Origin: an uncultured Bacilli bacterium
GTDB taxonomy: Bacteria; Bacillota_I; Bacilli_A; RFN20; CAG-449
Direction: 5' to 3'
Assembly: GCA_947588815.1 (NCBI GenBank)
Contig: CANQAG010000001.1
Coordinates: 1,038-65,037, forward strand
DNA: 64,000 bases
Position 1 is the first letter of the stretch; every line of letters begins with the position of its first letter. Made by a program: the position numbers and the translations under genes. Shown here piece by piece: positions 57,188-64,000 of this stretch. The notes beneath the pieces are model-generated. The model did not search any database, was not told the origin of the DNA, and was given only the letters and a program-made list of their open reading frames with translations.

Positions 57188-60106
57188 TTATGCCAATGAG
57201 AATCTGAATCTTAATAGATTATTATTGTAGTTTGTATAAACCACTTTCATAATATATGTCTCGCCATCATTGAGGCATAAATCTTCACCCTCGCTGGTTT
57301 TGGTAATCAAATCCGTATTCGTCCATTGATCAAATAGTGTCAATTCATCGCCATCAACTTTATAAAGTTCGATATTGACTGATCTAAAGAATTCCATTTT
57401 ATTAACGTTACCACCTTTAATGGTAAATTTAAAATATTCATAGACATTAGTGAATCCCATAACATCAGTTGTAACATAATATTCACTTACAAAATCATTG
57501 AATTCTATTTCATGGGGTTCTTCCATTGTAGACGTACTCGTTATCTCTGTAACCTTAAATTGAATTGAATATGTACAATGGACAAAACTGCTAGAACTTT
57601 GACCCATAAATTTGAAACTATAGTAGTTATCAGCTTTTAAAGATAAATAAATTCCTGCTGTACCGCTGCTTGGCGATATATACTGATAACCGGAAGAATT
57701 GGTGCCGGAAGAACCTAGTTCACCAACTCTAGCCGAATTTTCATTTTCGTTTCCAATGTAAGCATATACCGGATAACTGTAACTTAACCCTTCGACTTCT
57801 AACTCTACAACCATATCGTGAGAAGGCACTAAAGAATAATACACTGCCGAAAATGTAGATGTATAAGTGGCGCTGTAGCTATTCCTAATGCTTTCATGAA
57901 CACCTGCATTCCAATTGATATCAGTCAACTGATCAAGTTGAATTTCAATACCATTATTCTTGTTAGCTCCTTTAGGAATTTGATCTAAGACAATCGTGCA
58001 TTCGCCACTTGATGGTCTTCCGGCGACTGCACCAAATGTAATAGTATATGTTTCGTCGCGTTGTAATCCATTTAAATCAACATATTTATCCTTTGTTGAA
58101 GCAGAAACTGATGCATTTGATAAGATTACGGTTTCATCAGAAGCAACCATTGATATCTGCGGTGAGAAATCACACTCAATACTCATTCTTATATTCTTTT
58201 CATCGATATTATGAGTATAAGTAAAATACCTTTTATAATTTGAGGAACCGACTCTTGCGTCAACTTGTTGCTGATATTGAATCGTCTGTATTTCGTCTTC
58301 ACTATCGCCATTGATGGTTCTTAACGCAACGTTCATTTCTCCATAAGAAAAAGTGCTTTCCGTAGCGGCCTTAAAAATGTAAGTTTTATCTTTTTCCAAT
58401 TGATGTCCGATAGAAAATCTGTTGCCGTAAGCACTATCGTCATCTTTATCTAAATATGTAGTCTCGTCTAACGTTCCATCATCTTTTAATTCATATAAAT
58501 ATGCAATATTATCTGAGTAACTATCGGTTTTAATGTCCGTGAAATAATATACGTCAGTAACTTGCGGTGTATATTTAAAGTAGAATGCTTTTAAACCATC
58601 GGCGCTAGTGGTACGACTATAAATTTTTTCTAATTCAAGTGGAGTCGCCGATTGGTAATCATGTCCATCATCATTGGAATATTCAGAATATTTTGCATAA
58701 TACGTGACATTTCCGGTGACGACGATTTCTTTGGTTTGAAGCTTAGTATCTTCTTCAAAGTTATTAGAACTATACCACCCTTCAAAATGATGTTGCTCAT
58801 CAAAGGTAGGAATGTTTGAAAAAACTTGAATTTTTTTGTTTTCCCATTCGCTAATAACATACGGATCGCTAGAGGTATATGTATGATTATCGATTATCAA
58901 AGAACCTCCATTAGGATCGAAAGTAAGATTGTATTTTAAAGAATCGGTACAAACAAGATAATTATCGCGGAAAACGTAATTCATACTTCCGACTTGGACA
59001 TTTTCCCATTGTGCTTTAGAACCTTCATATTTTAATTCTTGAAGATTAAGAGAGGCGACAAATGTTCCTTCGGGAATAGAAGCAACTTCCGCACTGATAA
59101 TAAGACTTTCTAACTCTGTGGCCGATTTTAAAATATCGATATTCGCCGATTCCAACGCGATCGATTCATATCGCACACGTTTTAATCCAGTCATGTTAGC
59201 TACCGCGCTTAAAGAGTTAGTTCCATAGCCATCTAAAGCGATTGTCTTAAGATTTTTCGGAAATGTAAAATCTGTGATTTTATCGCAATTTCTGAATGCG
59301 TATCTTTCAAAAGAAACAATCGTATCTGGTAAACTCACATTAGAAAGTGTGTTTGAAGTACGATAAAAGCCATTGCTTGCTACCGAATCAACAATGCCAT
59401 AATCACTTGCAACGTATCTTTCTCCGCCTTTAAAATTACCATAATAAGGCATCACTATCGCTTCTTTTATTGAATCGGTTGCCGCTGCAACACTATAGTG
59501 ACCTTCCGAAGTCAGCGTGTAAGTTAAATCTTGATTATCTCCTTGCTCCTTTAAGATTACCCCCATTACATTTGCATTGATCGATTTATAAAATTCACCT
59601 ACTCTTACCGTCACTTTTAAAGTATCCAACCAATGAGCTTCAGGGATGTTATTCATGGTGTATGTAATAAAATAGTGATAACTATTACCATAATCACTAG
59701 GATTATAGACTGTGTCACCATCACTCAACGAAGAGTAAGCTTTAGTTAAATGGTATACTTCCTTTTCTTTAGTAATAGTGTTTGAAATACCTTGATACAT
59801 CGTTCTAGTAAATGAAGCGTTCACATCCAAAGTCGAAATAGCCGCAAAAAAGCGAATCGATCTTTTTCCTTCATTTTCTTTTGAAACTTGAACTCCTACA
59901 TAAGGATCGATATTTTTGGTATCTTTCGAAGTAACAACTTTTGAGCCATCCGCTAATTGAAGCGCATTTCCAAAACCAAAGGAAGAATCACTATTTTCAT
60001 TATCGAAATTTTCTTCATTAGAAGAGATATTAATGTAACTACCTCGTGTAATAGCACTGATTACTAATCCAAGACTGAGAGCAATTATTAAATTTTTCTT
60101 TTTCAT
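57188..60106 (-). CDS. Large secreted/surface protein with a BspA-type leucine-rich-repeat region and extensive beta-rich domains
   Basis: 972 aa. N-terminal signal peptide (MKKKNLIIALSLGLVISAITRG). LRR-like segment (...FRNCDKITDFTFPKNLKTIALDGYGTNSLSAVANMTGLKRV...). T/S/Y/N-rich composition typical of cell-surface proteins. Confidence 0.55.
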   Translation of the reverse strand: MKKKNLIIALSLGLVISAITRGSYINISSNEENFDNENSDSSFGFGNALQLADGSKVVTSKDTKNIDPYVGVQVSKENEGKRSIRFFAAISTLDVNASFTRTMYQGISNTITKEKEVYHLTKAYSSLSDGDTVYNPSDYGNSYHYFITYTMNNIPEAHWLDTLKVTVRVGEFYKSINANVMGVILKEQGDNQDLTYTLTSEGHYSVAAATDSIKEAIVMPYYGNFKGGERYVASDYGIVDSVASNGFYRTSNTLSNVSLPDTIVSFERYAFRNCDKITDFTFPKNLKTIALDGYGTNSLSAVANMTGLKRVRYESIALESANIDILKSATELESLIISAEVASIPEGTFVASLNLQELKYEGSKAQWENVQVGSMNYVFRDNYLVCTDSLKYNLTFDPNGGSLIIDNHTYTSSDPYVISEWENKKIQVFSNIPTFDEQHHFEGWYSSNNFEEDTKLQTKEIVVTGNVTYYAKYSEYSNDDGHDYQSATPLELEKIYSRTTSADGLKAFYFKYTPQVTDVYYFTDIKTDSYSDNIAYLYELKDDGTLDETTYLDKDDDSAYGNRFSIGHQLEKDKTYIFKAATESTFSYGEMNVALRTINGDSEDEIQTIQYQQQVDARVGSSNYKRYFTYTHNIDEKNIRMSIECDFSPQISMVASDETVILSNASVSASTKDKYVDLNGLQRDETYTITFGAVAGRPSSGECTIVLDQIPKGANKNNGIEIQLDQLTDINWNAGVHESIRNSYSATYTSTFSAVYYSLVPSHDMVVELEVEGLSYSYPVYAYIGNENENSARVGELGSSGTNSSGYQYISPSSGTAGIYLSLKADNYYSFKFMGQSSSSFVHCTYSIQFKVTEITSTSTMEEPHEIEFNDFVSEYYVTTDVMGFTNVYEYFKFTIKGGNVNKMEFFRSVNIELYKVDGDELTLFDQWTNTDLITKTSEGEDLCLNDGETYIMKVVYTNYNNNLLRFRFSLA

Positions 60107-60125
60107 TTCTTATCCCTCCTTGTGA

Positions 60126-61472
60126 TTAAAAGTTTTCTGAAGCACTATTATCATTCCAGTCGCCCGGATTATCTGCTTCTTCCAATGATTTCAATAGTGA
60201 AAAGTCAAAATCAATAACCGTCGAATTCAAATTGCTGAATTCAATAGTTACTTTCCCGCTTTCACCACCACTAATTTCATAATCAAATTCAATTGTTTTT
60301 AAATGATTATCTGCATCCAATTTAACTGCAAGGTTTTTAGCGGATTTTGCATATTCAATCGCTTTATCGTCTTTAGCAAGCAACTTAGCCACGGCAGAAA
60401 CAAGGCTCTCATTTTCAAGCATTAAATCATACGCTTCAAAAACTCCCTCTCCCTTGCTCTCTAATAATTCCAAAGCAAAATCTTCGCCATATACAGGAAC
60501 ATAATCGCGATATTCTTTCTTTAAAAGCTCACCACGAACAAGTTCTTCATTGACATAGGTGTATTTATATAATTTGTCTTCAACGCTTGCAACGCCAAAA
60601 GGCACAGCATCATCGTAATTGACGTCTGCAAAGAAAGCGTCATCGCCATATTTATACTCATAATTTAAATCTTGGTCATCGCCATCTTTTTTAATTAAAT
60701 AAGAAACTGTAAAAGATTGTTCTTTCAATTCTTCAAAAGCTACTTTCAAAGTGTCATGAGCCGCCTCTTTAACACACGTAACCGGTTTTTCGGGAAAAAC
60801 AATTTCATTACCTTTTAAAGCGACCTCATATTGATATTGATTAGTCGCGGTTGCAACTGCAATACTTTCGACTTCATCGTCTTGAACGATTAATTTTAAC
60901 GATTCGATCTCCTCTTCAAATGGCACGACAAACATCGAAGCCTTCGCTACTTTACTTTCGTTTAAAACAAAGGCATCATCAACGAAGGAAAAATCAGAAA
61001 CCACCAAATTATCAAATGGATTGTGACATTGATCCCAACTTAAAAAATCGCTAGATTGAATTTCTTGAATTTGATTATTTATCGTTAAAAAATAAGAAAC
61101 AGGCAGACCATCTTTGTTAAAATAAGCTTTTTCAGTTTCTTGACCATCATCGATAATTTTAATACCGACAATATCCTCTCCAAAATTAATGGCAACCTGC
61201 ATTTTTTCTTGCGAATAAGCAAAACCCAATTGCCCTTGTAATGACGCAAGAGCTTGTTCGCTTAAAGTAACCGGCTCTGTAGCGCTGGTTTCTACACTTT
61301 CAGAATCACTAAAAGACAAGCTGTCACTCACTTCTTGAGAAACACTTGAACTTTGAGACGTACTAGACGACTGTCCCAAAGAATTTTCACTGTTAGAAGT
61401 GGTCTCTTCTTTACCGCCACATGCACTTAATACCAAAAGAGCAAGTATCGGCACAATACTTTTTTTCCTCAT
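60126..61472 (-). CDS. Lipoprotein (lipobox LLVLSAC) with a serine-rich linker
   Basis: 448 aa. Signal peptide plus lipobox Cys, a Ser/Thr-rich low-complexity region after the anchor, then an acidic globular portion. No family recognised. Confidence 0.6.
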   Translation of the reverse strand: MRKKSIVPILALLVLSACGGKEETTSNSENSLGQSSSTSQSSSVSQEVSDSLSFSDSESVETSATEPVTLSEQALASLQGQLGFAYSQEKMQVAINFGEDIVGIKIIDDGQETEKAYFNKDGLPVSYFLTINNQIQEIQSSDFLSWDQCHNPFDNLVVSDFSFVDDAFVLNESKVAKASMFVVPFEEEIESLKLIVQDDEVESIAVATATNQYQYEVALKGNEIVFPEKPVTCVKEAAHDTLKVAFEELKEQSFTVSYLIKKDGDDQDLNYEYKYGDDAFFADVNYDDAVPFGVASVEDKLYKYTYVNEELVRGELLKKEYRDYVPVYGEDFALELLESKGEGVFEAYDLMLENESLVSAVAKLLAKDDKAIEYAKSAKNLAVKLDADNHLKTIEFDYEISGGESGKVTIEFSNLNSTVIDFDFSLLKSLEEADNPGDWNDNSASENF

Positions 61473-61766
61473 AATTCCTCCTTTTTTTAAATTTTTGTTA
61501 ATATTTTAATTTTTAATACTTCACTTGTCAACTATAACTTTAACACTTCACATTTTCAGTGCTTTTTGCAATTTTTTAGTAAATCAATTTAATAAATTAA
61601 TTTTATTTTCAACTTCTGATATCGCTTATCATCCATTATCATAAAAATACTGTGCCAAAATATTAAAAATAACGAAACAAATCACTTTAGTTTATTTATT
61701 TATTTAAAATTAAACGATTTCGCGACCCACTGACCAGGAAAGTTCGCGTGTCACTTAACAAAAAAA

Positions 61767-61800
61767 GAGAGTCGCCCTCACAACTCTCTTTCTCTAAAAA
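61767..61800 (-). terminator. Terminator downstream of tRNA-Lys (AGAGAGU-ugugagggcgac-UCUCUUUUUUU on the minus strand)
   Basis: Inverted repeat agagagt/actctct, with A7 on the plus side (T7 on the minus strand). Confidence 0.6.
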
Positions 61801-61827
61801 ATGCGAATATCTTCGCAAAAATTCTAA

Positions 61828-61903
<76 letters not shown>

Positions 61904-61968
61904 ATTTGCCATAATATAGTACCTTAATTATGACTCTAATTCAAGATTTATTTTAAAATTGATATCGT

Positions 61969-62586
61969 TCATTCTTTGATGATAGATTTAATGTTTCTAA
62001 TTAACATCTTGCAACCGACATCATGATGATAATCGTTAGGTATGATGATATCGGCATATCGTTTAGATGGATTTACAAAAAGATGGTGCATAGGTTTTAC
62101 TGTTTTTAAATATTGATTAATAACATTATCCATAGTTCTGCCTCTTTCGTTAATATCGCGTTGTAAGCGACGAATAAAACGAAGGTCATCATCACAATCA
62201 ACAAAAACTTTTATATCTGAAATATTTCTAATTCTTTCATCTTCAAGAGCTAAAATTCCTTCTAAAATAATGACTTTTTTAGGCTCGATATGCTCTGTTT
62301 CTTTTTTACGGGTGTAAGTCACAAAATCATACAATGGTTTATCGATGGCTTCGCCATTTAAAAGCTTTTTTAAATCGTTAAGCAATAAGTCGTTTTCCAA
62401 AGATGAAGGATGATCATAGTTAGTAAGTCTTCGCTCTTCAAGCGACATATTATCCTGACAACGATAATAGTCATCATGTTTAATAATTATCAAATCTTCA
62501 TTTCCTAAAGCTTTAAAAATTTGTTCTACAACGGTCGTTTTACCTGAAGCGGAACCACCGGCAATAGTAATCAATACTGGCTTCAT
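61969..62586 (-). CDS. udk: Uridine kinase
   Basis: 205 aa. P-loop (IAGGSASGKTTV) at the N-terminus; uridine/cytidine kinase family length and motifs. Confidence 0.85.
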   Translation of the reverse strand: MKPVLITIAGGSASGKTTVVEQIFKALGNEDLIIIKHDDYYRCQDNMSLEERRLTNYDHPSSLENDLLLNDLKKLLNGEAIDKPLYDFVTYTRKKETEHIEPKKVIILEGILALEDERIRNISDIKVFVDCDDDLRFIRRLQRDINERGRTMDNVINQYLKTVKPMHHLFVNPSKRYADIIIPNDYHHDVGCKMLIRNIKSIIKE

Positions 62587-62761
62587 CTTCGATAACTCCT
62601 CTTAAAAAATAAATTAAGTTGGTTTAAAATGAATCAAAATTTGTTCATCTAAAACACACTTTTTTATTTTATCTTAAATCGAGCCATAAAAAAAGAAGAT
62701 GATGCAAACTGATAAAACATCTTTGATTAACAAAAAGAGCACATTTTCATGTGCTCCAAAT

Positions 62762-63331
62762 TTATTGTTTGTTTGCCAAATTATATTTTATTTTTGCTAA
62801 AACTGCAGGGACAGAACTCATTATTTCTTCTGCATCTTTTAATTTGGGTCTCAACTTAATAGGCTTAACTTTTCCAGCACTACCAACTGTTGAAACAGGA
62901 TTATAATAATTGCGTTGTTGTGCATTAATCTTAATGTAAAAGCCATTTCTTAAACTTAATAAACCAATTATCAAAGAAATTACAGCTAATGCAATACAGA
63001 TCCACATTAATGGTTGCACTAATGGAAATTTAGAAAAAGCTTCGAGATTTTCAGCTTGTTTTGCCAAATTCGGAAGTTCAAAGAAAAAGTAGCCAACAAG
63101 ACCATAAACTGCAGTTAAAATAAAACATAAGACATTCACTGGTGTAACGTTAGTTTTTACAATGCCGACCTCATCTACTTTATATTCATGTCTTTTAATA
63201 ATACGCTTGCTAGTAACCATACTAATAAAGCGTTTGTTAGTAATGGTAATATTACCTATGCCACCACCAAAGCTTTTAGCATAATTACGTTCGTAAATAA
63301 TTTCTTCGCCTTTAGCTAGTACAAGACTCAT
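62762..63331 (-). CDS. Membrane protein with an N-terminal bacterial PH-like (DUF304/YdbS-like) domain followed by two TM helices
   Basis: 189 aa. ITITNKRFISMV motif in a beta-rich N-terminus, then hydrophobic helices. Confidence 0.45.
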   Translation of the reverse strand: MSLVLAKGEEIIYERNYAKSFGGGIGNITITNKRFISMVTSKRIIKRHEYKVDEVGIVKTNVTPVNVLCFILTAVYGLVGYFFFELPNLAKQAENLEAFSKFPLVQPLMWICIALAVISLIIGLLSLRNGFYIKINAQQRNYYNPVSTVGSAGKVKPIKLRPKLKDAEEIMSSVPAVLAKIKYNLANKQ

Positions 63332-63333
63332 AA

Positions 63334-63786
63334 TTATTTCGCGAGTGCGTTACGTTCCATAACTAAAGTAGAGAGATTGAGAACGACGTCTTTTGCCGCA
63401 TTTACGTCAACTTTAACTTTAGCTTTCTTACCAGCGAAAAATCTACCAATAAGTGGGATTCTTTGGAGAAGACTTGGTTTATTAGTAATGGCACTTAAAC
63501 CAACGACTGAAACATCGTCAAATACATCAGTGGCAAATGAAACTTCCAAACTACCTCTCTTAAAGAAGAAGAAATGTCTCTTAAATGCATAATTTACGCT
63601 GACATTTTGAATGTTGCAAAGGTAATAATCTTCACGAGAACTATCCGTTTTACCTTCATAAAGTGAGATTACTCTTTTGTTTGTAACAACTAAAGTAAAC
63701 TTCCCTCTAACGCGGAACCATTTTTTGTAAACACCATAGTCCCAACTTTTGACAACTTTTTCGTCTTGAAATAATTTAACGTCCAT
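63334..63786 (-). CDS. PH-like (DUF304-type) domain protein, paralogous to the downstream gene
   Basis: 150 aa. The TLVVTNKRVISLYEG motif parallels ITITNKRFISMVTS in the neighbouring gene. Tandem paralogues. Confidence 0.45.
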   Translation of the reverse strand: MDVKLFQDEKVVKSWDYGVYKKWFRVRGKFTLVVTNKRVISLYEGKTDSSREDYYLCNIQNVSVNYAFKRHFFFFKRGSLEVSFATDVFDDVSVVGLSAITNKPSLLQRIPLIGRFFAGKKAKVKVDVNAAKDVVLNLSTLVMERNALAK

Positions 63787-64000
63787 ATTTGTTTCCTTTC
63801 TTTAAAATCGTATTAAATTACATTCTTAATTTACAATAAAGTGAACTTATTGTCAATATTATAATTAATGTTATTTTCGTTAATGAGCGGAGAAAATCAC
63901 GTTTTTAAAGCTTTTAAAATGCCTGATTTTCAAAAAGAATTATAAAGATTTTAACTGTCCATTGAGTTCAAGTTTGATCCATCACTGCATGATGTTAAGC

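Overview
This 64-kb window reads as a low-GC (about 30% GC) Firmicutes-type chromosome segment. Nearly all genes lie on the minus strand. The gene content suggests a walled, likely anaerobic low-GC Firmicute (Erysipelotrichia-like): PolC, the MEP enzyme Dxr, TrmFO, alanine racemase, an Amidase_3 cell-wall hydrolase, PFOR and a GT4 glycolipid synthase are all present. The genetic code appears standard, since the long ORFs are intact.

From the low-coordinate end the content is:
- a complete Type I restriction-modification locus (hsdR, a half-size hsdS, hsdM, and a second hsdS that runs off the window edge);
- tRNA-Leu and tadA;
- an IS1634-family insertion flanked by a 68-bp target duplication beside tRNA-Ala, with tRNA-Pro nearby;
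- the conserved rpsB-tsf-pyrH-frr / uppS-cdsA-dxr-rseP-polC block;
- xerC-trmFO-topA-dprA-rnhB-rbgA-lepB-yhaM-recX;
- a GT4 glycosyltransferase with a flippase-like membrane protein;
- an accessory stretch from about 35 to 45 kb: two membrane-tethered XRE regulators, a DUF4349 lipoprotein, an aldo-keto reductase, a class-II Fic protein with a palindromic operator, IS30 and fic remnants, an AAA+/DUF4143 ATPase, a DUF2971 protein, an ABC-2 transporter whose permease carries an in-frame stop, and an AbrB-like regulator;
- tRNA-Val, an Fe-ADH, tRNA-Ile, the amidase, rplM-rpsI, a PfkB kinase, PFOR, galU, an HPr-like protein without the catalytic His, and alr;
- a large LRR surface protein, a serine-rich lipoprotein, tRNA-Lys, udk and two PH-domain-like membrane proteins.

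I found six tRNAs and no rRNA or CRISPR array. The observations most worth follow-up are the IS1634-like insertion with its terminator-containing duplication, a 35-bp conserved tRNA-flanking terminator module present three times (once orphaned beside Fic), the fic locus (operator plus evidence of duplication and decay), and the ATPase/DUF2971 accessory island bounded by the orphan terminator-module copy and tRNA-Val.
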